Shown here piece after piece: positions 30,718 through 39,404 of a stretch of DNA of 64,000 nt. The notes beneath the pieces are model-generated. The model made no database searches, had not been told where the DNA came from, and saw nothing but the letters and a program-made list of their open reading frames with translations. This stretch comes from an uncultured archaeon (GTDB lineage Archaea > Asgardarchaeota > Thorarchaeia > Thorarchaeales > Thorarchaeaceae), in assembly GCA_964458565.1 (NCBI GenBank), contig CAYWJO010000005.1:78200-142199 (forward strand), read 5' to 3'. The position numbers and the translations under genes are program-made. The first letter of the stretch is position 1; each line of letters starts with the position of its first letter.

Positions 30718-30958
30718 TATGCGTGCAGTAATTAAGCTCTCATTTACCTCCTCTGAAATAGCCAATCGTATTTCCTATGCAATAGTTCCAGATAACACAC
30801 CTCTTCCAGAAGGATTGGAAATTGATGTAGAAACAAATGGCGCCAATCTTATGATAACTATCATTTCCGAACGAGGTATCGATAGCTTTCGAGGAACAAT
30901 AGAAGATGTAATGAGTTCAATTGATTTATCATTAAGAACTATGACCACACTTAGATGA
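30710..30958 (+). CDS. pcc1: KEOPS subunit Pcc1
   Basis: F.S...A..I..AI.PDN...; S.R.TI.D....I; size and context. Confidence 0.8.
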   Translation: MNNMRAVIKLSFTSSEIANRISYAIVPDNTPLPEGLEIDVETNGANLMITIISERGIDSFRGTIEDVMSSIDLSLRTMTTLR

Positions 30959-30966
30959 TATTCGAA

Positions 30967-32427
30967 TCAGCTTTGTGAGTTTTTACGTTTGTCAACTATC
31001 TCATTATAGACAATATCCGTTCTTTTATGGGCTTGGTCAGCCATATCTTGCGTTATGAAACCCCGTTGTACCGCTCTTTTCAATAGATGTTGATCAATGA
31101 TTCGAATTTCACCATTCTCTGGAGCAACAATATCAATTTCCAAGTCGATATATCGTACTCTCCCCGGACTATTTCCTACACACGGATACACCTCGACTCC
31201 TGTATTCACATTGATATAGGTCCCCTTAAGAATTCCTTCACGTGAATAATATTTAGTGACAAGAGTCATCGATTCTGGTACAACTTCTGTTACTGCATAA
31301 TCTCCTTCATCACGAGGAACATCCACATTATCCGGATAGTCCTGCAGTATCTTTAGTTTTCTACTTGTATATCTGAACTGCCTTCGCACCTTAAAGACAA
31401 GCTGATCGACATCTATAATTCGCCCTCTGGAGAGAACTATGTTCCTACCGTCAAGTTTCACATGCTCGATATTTATTGGATCATCTTTCTTTGGCATATC
31501 CCGATTGAATATTTTCTCTAATTTTGATGTGATGTACTTTTTCTCATCAGGGCGTTCCTCAATTATCATTTCTGCAAAATCCACAAGAGGCGCATATCCT
31601 GCGCTTTTGTAGAAATGATGAAGATTCACAGTAGGCTTAATTTTAGCTCGTGTCTTATCTAGCGCATTTTTGACTTCAGCTGGGAATTCAATATCTGCAT
31701 TACTTGTCCCTTCAAATAAAATTCCTGCCCCCTGTATATTCGAAAATTTAGTATAAACTTGCTGTGCAGTATCCAGAAGGTCGTCAATCTCATTATGAAG
31801 TTCTTCGTCTGTGAGTCGTTTAGCAGAGGTTCTCCATAGAATACCCCAATTATCAGAGTGCTCTCGAATTTTCCTTCCAAGCTGTGCTAACTCTCTTCTT
31901 TTGTCCTGTTCCTTTATTTTAGTACTCAAACGTACAACTGGCTCTGGAAGTAGAACAGCTGCTCGTCCAGGAATAGTAATACTTGATGAGAGGACGGGGG
32001 CTTTTCGTCCATAATCATGAGCTCTAACCTGAACCATCACATATTCGCCTCGTCGGAGTCCTCTGTCTGGAAGAAGTCCTGATATTGAACCAAGATCTAT
32101 TCTTGTCTGACCCGTTTTTTCGTCTCTTCCTTGAACGCACCCTCTATAGATAGAACTCTTAGCAACTCGAGGCGTTCGAGTAATTACCCAACCTAATCTT
32201 CTACGTAAAACATCAGATAGTCTGTCAAGAATTGATTCGTAGGCAATTGCAACTATTCCTTGAAGGTCACTACGATCCCAAATATCTACATCTGGAATTT
32301 CGCTTCGGAAGGGGAGACCAAACCTTCTAGCCACTTCTGGGATAGGTTGAACTATCTCGAAATGGTTCTGTAATAGGATTTGGGTCAACGACTGCGAATA
32401 GATTCCCCTGATTCTTGCCTTTATCAT
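30967..32427 (-). CDS. FAU-1 AU-binding RNA protein/RNase (DUF402)
   Basis: ARIRGIYS, IVQP, S1-like region, WG..WRTSA, HH..K, YINVNT.VE, RYIDLEID. Confidence 0.85.
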   Translation of the reverse strand: MIKARIRGIYSQSLTQILLQNHFEIVQPIPEVARRFGLPFRSEIPDVDIWDRSDLQGIVAIAYESILDRLSDVLRRRLGWVITRTPRVAKSSIYRGCVQGRDEKTGQTRIDLGSISGLLPDRGLRRGEYVMVQVRAHDYGRKAPVLSSSITIPGRAAVLLPEPVVRLSTKIKEQDKRRELAQLGRKIREHSDNWGILWRTSAKRLTDEELHNEIDDLLDTAQQVYTKFSNIQGAGILFEGTSNADIEFPAEVKNALDKTRAKIKPTVNLHHFYKSAGYAPLVDFAEMIIEERPDEKKYITSKLEKIFNRDMPKKDDPINIEHVKLDGRNIVLSRGRIIDVDQLVFKVRRQFRYTSRKLKILQDYPDNVDVPRDEGDYAVTEVVPESMTLVTKYYSREGILKGTYINVNTGVEVYPCVGNSPGRVRYIDLEIDIVAPENGEIRIIDQHLLKRAVQRGFITQDMADQAHKRTDIVYNEIVDKRKNSQS

Positions 32428-32508
32428 GTACAAACACGAGCCCGGACATATACCACGACAGCCCTGTTTTAGGCTGACGTTCACTCCTATTAGAGGTTAA
32501 TGAGAAAT

Positions 32509-32772
32509 TTAATCTCGAATTGGTTCAAGAAGACTGGAAACCTGCCAGATTTTTGTCCTAGCATGGTTTGGACAGTTTGGATCTTGACTTGGTTCGTCCA
32601 AGATTGAAATTGCATTCTGCGCTCTCACAGCGGGCGAATCCGCCTCGTTCTCAAGGACCGCTATTGCCTCATTGGCTGCACGTCTTATGTTCCGTGGAAC
32701 CGAAGAATCTTCAGAAATCTGCTTAAGCAGATGTTTTGATTGGTCTATACTCCTCTGCGTTTCGGGGTCCAT
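32509..32772 (-). CDS. UPF0147 protein
   Basis: D.SVPRNIRRAA, VRA..AISILDE..QDPN.P.HART.IW...S.LE. Confidence 0.9.
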   Translation of the reverse strand: MDPETQRSIDQSKHLLKQISEDSSVPRNIRRAANEAIAVLENEADSPAVRAQNAISILDEPSQDPNCPNHARTKIWQVSSLLEPIRD

Positions 32773-32927
32773 GAGGACTCACCTCTAAATTGTCTTTACG
32801 CACGACATTGTTGTGCGAATAACAAAAACAGACTGCTGCGTTAGCAATATCAACGTTTTCATTAGTATATGCCGATTGATACTCAATCAGTATATAGCCT
32901 ATCTAAGCTATTAAAAACACCACTGAT

Positions 32928-33293
32928 GTGCTTATTATGACCGGTAAGAATGACCAACCTGTAAAGAAGATGGCTGAACTACTTCGTCGTGGGGCAACTA
33001 TGTTGGCTGATGCTTGTCCGCAGTGCGGATCACCTCTTCTAAAGGTAGACGAAGACATTTATTGTGCACACTGTGACCGTCGAATTGTATATGCCGATTC
33101 CGATGAAGAAGTCGAAACATATGCGGTGAAAGCGCTCATTCCTGAGCTACACGAAACTCTTCTACGGAAGTTAAGGTCATTGAATGATTTAGTTGAGGCC
33201 GAAGATAATATAGAATCACTAACAAAACTAGCGAATCTTATGGTTCTTCTACTGCAAACTCTGCACAATTTAGAAAATATGAGAGGAAATTGA
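32928..33293 (+). CDS. UPF0148 zinc-finger protein
   Basis: KKMAELLRRGATML..ACP.CG.PL...IYC..C. Confidence 0.88.
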   Translation: MLIMTGKNDQPVKKMAELLRRGATMLADACPQCGSPLLKVDEDIYCAHCDRRIVYADSDEEVETYAVKALIPELHETLLRKLRSLNDLVEAEDNIESLTKLANLMVLLLQTLHNLENMRGN

Positions 33294-33321
33294 AGTGACT
33301 ACGGTTCTATACCGTAGTCAT

Positions 33322-33966
33322 TTACTGTTTGGTGGTACCTCTTCGAAGTCTTGCTCTTCGAGCCTTTACTTCTTCAGGTCCCTTCAATACCTTACTCTTA
33401 CGAATTTCACACTGTCTGACTGGGATTATTGTCTTGACTGCCTCGTGTACTTCCGTTGCAAGTTCGCCCAAAATAACCTTTTGAACGAGTTCATCAAAGG
33501 TATGTTTCCTAGCATGAGTGCGGATTACCTTTTCAGTAGCTTTTCTTACTGAGTGTTCTTGACTTGTTTTTGCACGGGTCGTGGTGAATACAATCACTGA
33601 GATTCGCATAAGATAGTCATCTTTGGTCAAGATAGGGCCTATCCAGTCGATTCTTGTAGTACCTCTTCGCACTAGTCCTCTGAGATAATCCGAACTCCAC
33701 TCGTGTCCATGAAATACAGTCTTTCCTTGTTGACCTGTTACCTCAAGAACCTTAAACTTCAATTTTACATGAATCTGATCAAAATCGCCTGTTAGGTCAT
33801 ATAACGTCGGTTTTATGGTTCTCCCAATAAGTGAATCTGGATTGCTTGCTGGAGTTGTACCAATTTCTTTCTCATCAAAATAGTATGGTGCATGTATTGA
33901 ATACCATGCTTTCTCTCTCCACTTATCTCGGGTCCTTGCTGCTGACTGTCTACTTCTTGAGGACAT
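33322..33966 (-). CDS. rps3ae: 30S ribosomal protein eS1 (S3Ae)
   Basis: DKW..K.WY.I.AP..F, GR.....L.DLTGD, DYLR.LVRR, IRK.KVL; start at ATG 33966. Confidence 0.95.
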   Translation of the reverse strand: MSSRSRQSAARTRDKWREKAWYSIHAPYYFDEKEIGTTPASNPDSLIGRTIKPTLYDLTGDFDQIHVKLKFKVLEVTGQQGKTVFHGHEWSSDYLRGLVRRGTTRIDWIGPILTKDDYLMRISVIVFTTTRAKTSQEHSVRKATEKVIRTHARKHTFDELVQKVILGELATEVHEAVKTIIPVRQCEIRKSKVLKGPEEVKARRARLRRGTTKQ

Positions 33967-33983
33967 TGATTCATCACACTCAT

Positions 33984-34046
33984 TTTGGACATAGAAATTT
34001 GTCCAAAGAATCACGATGCGTTCCTGAGTAATGACTCCTCAGGAAC
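33984..34046 (-). promoter_or_regulatory. Two-hairpin 5' leader of rps3ae
   Basis: Perfect stems TTTGGACA/TGTCCAAA (33984-34007) and GTTCCTGAG/CTCAGGAAC (34020-34046) between a TTTTTATT box and the start codon. Confidence 0.5.
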
Positions 34047-34147
34047 TTCGCCGACATCCTAGGTGATGAATAAAAACATTGTGACATAACCTCTTCTTTC
34101 TTTCACTCCTTCTCTATGACTACATAACGAAAAACTAGATATTCAAT

Positions 34148-34309
34148 ATGGAAGAAGATAACAACGGTACGATGACCATGACTGATAATTGTCCAAAATG
34201 CGGATACAAAGAAGTCGCTGTTGTAAAGCGAGAACCCTTGACAAGTGGCGGTCACAGACGATATCTCCGATGTCCTCGCTGCGATCACACTTGGGAGAAG
34301 AAAGACTAG
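34148..34309 (+). CDS. Small zinc-ribbon protein (53 aa)
   Basis: Not in ORF track: MEEDNNGTMTMTDNCPKCGYKEVAVVKREPLTSGGHRRYLRCPRCDHTWEKKD*. Confidence 0.65.
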   Translation: MEEDNNGTMTMTDNCPKCGYKEVAVVKREPLTSGGHRRYLRCPRCDHTWEKKD

Positions 34310-34382
34310 GTTATTGAATTCTAGTCAAATCATCCTGTCCAAAACCATTATATCACAATCCACTGCCAATCGATTCTGATAT

Positions 34383-34424
34383 GCGGAGGTTGCCAAGCCA
34401 GGTCAAAGGCGCTGGGTTTAGGTC
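34383..34424 (+). pseudogene. 5' fragment of a tRNA-Leu(TAG), through the anticodon loop
   Basis: GCGGAGGTTGCCAAGCCAGGTCAAAGGCGCTGGGTTTAGGTC; first 33 nt identical to the intact tRNA-Leu at 36005-36124; own TATA box upstream. Confidence 0.88.
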
Positions 34425-35611
34425 ATCTCACCATCCTGTGATTGCTGCTGGTGTGATACAAGGTATCGTCTTTTTCTGATTCTATAAAGGATAACGGACA
34501 CTCCTATGGCGATGATGATAACGAGAAAGATCACTACTGGTCCAAGATTACTCGCTGTACTCCATGAGTAGACACCTATCTCCTTACCTCTGGTGGTTCT
34601 GAGAATGTGACCACCCCAGCTGATGGCCCATCCCAAAGATGCGTTGAGCATAAATATGGCTTCAATCCGTTCTTCTGTGGGAACTGACTGCTCATACCAG
34701 TCGACTCCACTATTCTGCGAATGAGCAATCAGAGGAGTCTTACCTCCAATCCATCCATGAGTTTGGTTGAGGAATTGAATATCAGTGAAGTAGGGTGATT
34801 GACCGTACGCACTATTGGGCAAGGATTGTTCAATCCAAGTTTTTCCATCCACCATGTGGGCTAGCATATCATCTCCCACAGCCCAAGCTTCAGTATCACT
34901 CACAAAGGAGAAAGCCCATCCACCTTTACTGTGACTCTTTTCCCAAGTTTCGCCACCATCAACAGTGTGATAAATACCGAATGTATTTATGATCCAACCA
35001 TCTTCTGGGCTCGTGAAGCAGATGTCCCTCGCTCGGTCATCATATGGATACGACAGAGTTTCGTTCCAGATCATCCCACCATCTATGGTCTTGTAGAGTC
35101 CTCTCTCTGAACTAGCCCAACCAAGTGTTTCATTGAAGAAAAACAATCCATAGAAATGATTAGACTCTGAACCAATTGGAATATAGTACCAACTCTCTCC
35201 ATCGTTTACTGAATGAAAAAGTCCACCATCAGCTGTTACCCACATATTGTTCCCTACAATTTCCATCCTTGGAAACCATGTGCTGTTGTTATAGAGCTGG
35301 ATTTGCCAAGAATATCCACTATCAGTAGTGTGGAGGATGATACCATCGCCAAAACTGGTCTTGTTCTGACTGAGTGCCCAGCCATGGGTGACGTTTTTGA
35401 ACTTGATATCAAATGCCATAACATCATCAATTACAAAATCATGGTCCACCTCTTCCCAGATGGTTTCTGCAAGCTCCCTCCGTACGTCGGAAAGATTCAG
35501 GGATATTCCCTCAGTTAGAGGTGGTATGGCTAAGATACAAATCGCCAATGCCGTAAACAGATGCCTAGCTCTCATCTCTATATGTTCCACCTTTTCTAAC
35601 ATACAATCCAT
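34418..35611 (-). CDS. YCF48/BNR (Asp-box) beta-propeller surface protein with C-terminal membrane anchor
   Basis: Signal peptide, repeated (H/K)T.DGG..W and F.N...GW motifs, C-terminal TM helix followed by a basic tail. Confidence 0.85.
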   Translation of the reverse strand: MDCMLEKVEHIEMRARHLFTALAICILAIPPLTEGISLNLSDVRRELAETIWEEVDHDFVIDDVMAFDIKFKNVTHGWALSQNKTSFGDGIILHTTDSGYSWQIQLYNNSTWFPRMEIVGNNMWVTADGGLFHSVNDGESWYYIPIGSESNHFYGLFFFNETLGWASSERGLYKTIDGGMIWNETLSYPYDDRARDICFTSPEDGWIINTFGIYHTVDGGETWEKSHSKGGWAFSFVSDTEAWAVGDDMLAHMVDGKTWIEQSLPNSAYGQSPYFTDIQFLNQTHGWIGGKTPLIAHSQNSGVDWYEQSVPTEERIEAIFMLNASLGWAISWGGHILRTTRGKEIGVYSWSTASNLGPVVIFLVIIIAIGVSVILYRIRKRRYLVSHQQQSQDGEMT

Positions 35612-35883
35612 TATAATGGTGGCGGGTCTCCACCTCCACCCCCACTATTGATGCTAGCATAGTAGACATCACTTCCAATGAAATGGGTTCCGGAGTCATA
35701 TGCCTTGACGTATACCTTCATCTTGACATAGCCATATGGAAGTGTCCACATCATGTAATAATCCTCATAGACTGGATGCACATCATTGATCTGTCCCTTG
35801 TATTCGTAGTTCGTCCAATACCCAGAGCTGTCCTTGTACTTCACATATACCTTGACATAGTCCACTACAAGTGGATCGTTCAC
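35611..35883 (-). CDS. Small Tyr-rich beta protein, possibly an N-terminally truncated secreted protein
   Basis: Abuts the propeller gene; ends GGGGGDPPPL; the frame stays open about 30 codons upstream of the GTG without a start codon. Confidence 0.55.
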   Translation of the reverse strand: MNDPLVVDYVKVYVKYKDSSGYWTNYEYKGQINDVHPVYEDYYMMWTLPYGYVKMKVYVKAYDSGTHFIGSDVYYASINSGGGGGDPPPL

Positions 35884-36004
35884 TCTAACATATCCAAGAG
35901 TGGACTTGCTCCATGCTGAGGAGATGAGAAGATTATCAGGAGATAGGATTAAGTTTCTCCAATTTTCACTAAGAGTAACTTATCTATACAATCTAAAGAG
36001 AGAA

Positions 36005-36124
36005 TGGTGCGGAGGGCGAGATTCGAATTCGCGCTTCCTGTCTACAAATTACAGGAGGTCTCGCGAATCACTACTGAACTGGATCCTAAGTCCAGCGCCT
36101 TTGACCTGGCTTGGCAACCTCCGC
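36005..36124 (-). tRNA. tRNA-Leu(TAG) with 32-nt intron at 53/54 (36028-36059)
   Basis: GCGGAGG...CTGGA-CT-TAG-GA-TCCAG, long variable arm, GCGAG[intron]TTCGAAT-CTCGC-CCTCCGC-A-CCA; BHB with CGCG/CGCG helix and AGA/AAT bulges. Confidence 0.9.
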
Positions 36125-36255
36125 AAAGGTAGAGAGCAATGGAAGTGGGTTGCGATATAATGCTTTTGCTGGATTCGTATTTTTAATCTGGTTCTTACTA
36201 GCTCGTTGAAAACGAGAGATTTTCTTATTATCAAATTACTTGTTTAATATACACC

Positions 36256-36405
36256 ATGACACCTCAAACCAATCTCCCCATTGTAGGTATCTGCAAAAGA
36301 TGTGGAAAGCCAGTTCATTACAATGAGCTGTATATTGCTCAAGTCGGGGCTGAAATTGGACCATGGCATCATTACAACTGCACTAAACTGCAAATTAGAG
36401 AGTAG
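36256..36405 (+). CDS. Small CxxC...HxxC zinc-finger protein (49 aa, half-LIM/PARP-finger-like)
   Basis: Not in ORF track: MTPQTNLPIVGICKRCGKPVHYNELYIAQVGAEIGPWHHYNCTKLQIRE*. Confidence 0.55.
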   Translation: MTPQTNLPIVGICKRCGKPVHYNELYIAQVGAEIGPWHHYNCTKLQIRE

Positions 36406-36417
36406 GATTGGGCAGTA

Positions 36418-37389
36418 ATGTCAACTAAAGAGAATCAAAATGACACTGATCCGAGAATCATGATAGCTCAGATGAATCAGGCATGGAGCGATGCAAGAAG
36501 TTACACTGGCAACATTTGGCAGATAGCAGCACTTTGTCTGACAGGTGTTGCTCTATCCCTGAACGTTGCATATTCTTCCACACTCGTAGAACCATTATTG
36601 GTACTAATACTACTCTTTACTTCGCTCTTAGCGTCTGGAGGGGTGTTTGGAATCCAATGGTTAAGATATAGCATAACTTACAGAGTAGTATACATTCAAG
36701 AAATTGAGGAGAAACTTGCCGAATTACAAGAAGAATACAAGATTACACCATCCTTACATCTTTTCGGGCTTGAAAAGGGCCCTCTTGCTTTTCTCTTTGG
36801 AATTCTGGTTGTGACCACTGAAACGTTATTCCTTTCTCTTGTATACGCATCCTATTTGCTTTTCATATCACTGAACATAGAACTTTCAGTTTCGATAGTT
36901 TTCACCATCATCATTTTCGTGATTTCTGTTTTACCATTTACTTGGTATGTGGTTCAGAAAAGGAGCAATCTTCGGAGTAGGGAGAAAGAATTAGCAAAAG
37001 AATGGAAATCCAAATTCTTGGAGATTTTATGGGAGGTGATTAATAAACTCAGGTTGGAGGGTCATGTCATTGAAGTTGTTTATGGTTTCTCTCTATATCA
37101 AGGAGAAAGAGAGCTTGATGTTGACATAATAATTAGCTCAGATGCCTATCGATTCACCTTCATAACCAGAACATCTTATTGGATTAGTAAGAAAAAATGG
37201 GATGATGCCAGAGCGTTTGAGAATGAGACTATCTTTATAGTAACTCCACATCATGAAAGGTTTCCAAAACAACGTAACAGAGTTTTTCCTATTAGCTCTG
37301 CAGTGAGTTCTAAAGATTTGAGAAAGTACCTCCTTGATGGATTAGCTGGAAAACTCATAGATGTAGAGAATGACCCTTTTGAAACATAA
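36418..37389 (+). CDS. Four-TM membrane protein with a C-terminal restriction-endonuclease-like domain (degenerate)
   Basis: Four hydrophobic helices, then E..VIEV...GERELDVDIII...RFTF, resembling a PD-(D/E)xK fold without the ExK. Confidence 0.55.
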   Translation: MSTKENQNDTDPRIMIAQMNQAWSDARSYTGNIWQIAALCLTGVALSLNVAYSSTLVEPLLVLILLFTSLLASGGVFGIQWLRYSITYRVVYIQEIEEKLAELQEEYKITPSLHLFGLEKGPLAFLFGILVVTTETLFLSLVYASYLLFISLNIELSVSIVFTIIIFVISVLPFTWYVVQKRSNLRSREKELAKEWKSKFLEILWEVINKLRLEGHVIEVVYGFSLYQGERELDVDIIISSDAYRFTFITRTSYWISKKKWDDARAFENETIFIVTPHHERFPKQRNRVFPISSAVSSKDLRKYLLDGLAGKLIDVENDPFET

Positions 37390-37422
37390 GTGTCCGAGTG
37401 GCTATAGAAACTGTTTCGAAAT

Positions 37423-37465
37423 TACTCGTAGGAGTTCGCGAGATCAAATCTCGCCCTCCGCACCA
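37423..37465 (+). pseudogene. 3' fragment of a tRNA-Leu (variable arm to CCA), intron-less
   Basis: TACTCGTAGGAGTTCGCGAGATCAAATCTCGCCCTCCGCACCA; acceptor strand complementary to the 5' fragment at 34383. Confidence 0.85.
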
Positions 37466-37505
37466 CTTCATTCTTATCTTACATCTTTACTTTCAAGTAT
37501 GAGTA

Positions 37506-37850
37506 ATGATGAAATACCTATTCTTAGCGACAGATGACAACAAAATGCAACTGATGCATCTTCTTCTAAACGCAAATAATTTCCATGAGAGAGGACATGA
37601 TGTTGCAGTCGTTCTAGAGTGCGCTTCACCCAAACTCTTGATTGGCCTTGCAGATGGGACGTTCAAACTACCTGTGTTTGATAAAGCATTGCAGTATGGG
37701 ATAATTGATCACGCATGTAAAGCATGCACTGCAAACTTCAATGCGACAGAATCTGCCGAGAAACTAGGAGTTCCAATAAAGGGCGAATTGGGTGGTCATT
37801 CGGACTTACTCGGATTTGCACAAGATGGATACTCAATAATCAGCTTTTAG
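37506..37850 (+). CDS. DsrE-family protein
   Basis: H.LLNA......G..V..V.E, ACKAC, L.GH, GY.II.F. Confidence 0.8.
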   Translation: MMKYLFLATDDNKMQLMHLLLNANNFHERGHDVAVVLECASPKLLIGLADGTFKLPVFDKALQYGIIDHACKACTANFNATESAEKLGVPIKGELGGHSDLLGFAQDGYSIISF

Positions 37851-37867
37851 AATGCAACCATTTGATA

Positions 37868-37967
37868 TGGCGCCGGGGAAGGGACTCGAACCCTTGAGTC
37901 TCAAAGGACAGCGGTTATCTCGTTCGGAAATTCGAGACCGCCTCCGTAGCCGCTTGGATACCCCGGC
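37868..37967 (-). tRNA. tRNA-Ser(CGA) with 14-nt canonical intron (37917-37930)
   Basis: GCCGGGG...GCGGT-CT-CGA-A[TTTCCGAACGAGAT]A-ACCGC, long variable arm, AAGGG-TTCGAGT-CCCTT-CCCCGGC-G-CCA; BHB CTCG/CGAG. Confidence 0.92.
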
Positions 37968-38007
37968 TCATCTGATTCTTAGCATCAAAACTAATTTAAC
38001 GTTGATG

Positions 38008-39393
38008 CTATTGTTTCTCACATTCATCAATAGCCCTACTCATTGCGCTTCTTGCAACTTCTTCCAATTTCCTTAGTGCACTTTCCGTTTTAGCACCGAC
38101 ATAAACTCTCGCTTTTGGCTCAGTTCCTGAAACCCTGACTAACACATACGAACCATCAGTACATTCTATTCGCACGCCATCATTGTCTAACACCTTATCA
38201 ATTCCTGTCACTTCTGATTCTAGATAGTTTCTAATACGTGAGCTGAAACAGGGTTTTATCGAATCCGGACAAGGAATGAAGTCCCTGAGCATAGGATATT
38301 CAGGTATTGACTTCATTAGTTTGATACAACTACCACTACCCTCAGATTCTATCATCTGAGCGACTCTTACAGCACCTATTATCCCATCCATCCACATACC
38401 GAATTCCATGAAGATAGGTTTCCAAGGTTCAGAGGCAAAGACAACCTCATCCCCTCTCTCAGCCAAAATCTCTTGAAGTGAACCTAGGGGAGCTCGAACT
38501 ACTTCTCCTCCTGCATTCTTGACTAATTCATCAATCACACTTGAAGTATCAATTGATACCACGACCAGTCCTCCATCCCGTCTTTTCACTTCATCTTGTG
38601 CGAAGAGGGCGATGATTCTATTCTGATCAATGAAATTGCCCTTTTCGTCTATGACTGCAAGACGGTCCCCATCCCCATCATGACATAAAGCAGCAGCAAA
38701 ACCTGATCCCGGCATCATATTCATAGTATCAACGAGATTTTTCGGAGATGGTTCTGCAGGTCTTCCTGGAAAATGGCCGTCTGGATGAGAATTAATGGTG
38801 CTTACTGAGAAACCAAGTTCTTCCATTATATGTGGTGTATAATTAACAGCAGCTCCATTTGCCAGGTCCAAAAGAAACCGAGTTCCACTAGACGCATTAC
38901 CTCTACTAAGTGCAAACCTCTTGACACGTTCTAGGTATGTCACTCTGATATCCCATTCAGTTATGGTTCCTATTTCATTCCATTCTGCTATCCGGAATTT
39001 GCGGTCACTGACTCGTTCCTCGAGATATACCTCCTCTGAACGGATGAATTCTCGACCCCTCGTAAAAAACTTGAATCCATTATCATTGGGTGGATTGTGA
39101 CTTGCGGTTATAATGACAGACATTGCACCTTCTTTCATTATGCTATAGGATGCTACTGTCGGCATTGGTGCTATTCCTAAGTCATCTACATTAGTACCAG
39201 TTGATGCTATTCCCGATACAAGTGCATTACGAAGCATTATATTAGATGTACGATAATCCATACCTACGCCAACGGTCCCTTTTCCATCAAGATAGGTGCC
39301 GAGTGCCTTTCCTAGATATTGAGCTAGGCCAGGGTTTGATTTTTCAATAATATCCCCTCGTATTCCACTGGTTCCAAAAATTCTCTTTGCCAT
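38008..39393 (-). CDS. Phosphohexomutase (phosphoglucosamine/phosphomannomutase family)
   Basis: FGTSGIRG, TASHNP, DGDGDR, DGVRI, R.SGTEP. Confidence 0.93.
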   Translation of the reverse strand: MAKRIFGTSGIRGDIIEKSNPGLAQYLGKALGTYLDGKGTVGVGMDYRTSNIMLRNALVSGIASTGTNVDDLGIAPMPTVASYSIMKEGAMSVIITASHNPPNDNGFKFFTRGREFIRSEEVYLEERVSDRKFRIAEWNEIGTITEWDIRVTYLERVKRFALSRGNASSGTRFLLDLANGAAVNYTPHIMEELGFSVSTINSHPDGHFPGRPAEPSPKNLVDTMNMMPGSGFAAALCHDGDGDRLAVIDEKGNFIDQNRIIALFAQDEVKRRDGGLVVVSIDTSSVIDELVKNAGGEVVRAPLGSLQEILAERGDEVVFASEPWKPIFMEFGMWMDGIIGAVRVAQMIESEGSGSCIKLMKSIPEYPMLRDFIPCPDSIKPCFSSRIRNYLESEVTGIDKVLDNDGVRIECTDGSYVLVRVSGTEPKARVYVGAKTESALRKLEEVARSAMSRAIDECEKQ

Positions 39394-39404
39394 TATTGCA
39401 TCTC

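Noticed and set aside
35900-36234. ORFs 35900-36160 and 36049-36234 (likewise 10527-10781 and 37852-38076)
   Set aside because: They overlap tRNA genes and have no protein-like features
34383-37465. Trans-spliced split tRNA, or a giant 3-kb tRNA intron
   Set aside because: No complementary leader/trailer sequences or BHB between the halves, the 3' anticodon-stem strand is missing, and the 3' piece has ATC instead of TTC in the T-loop
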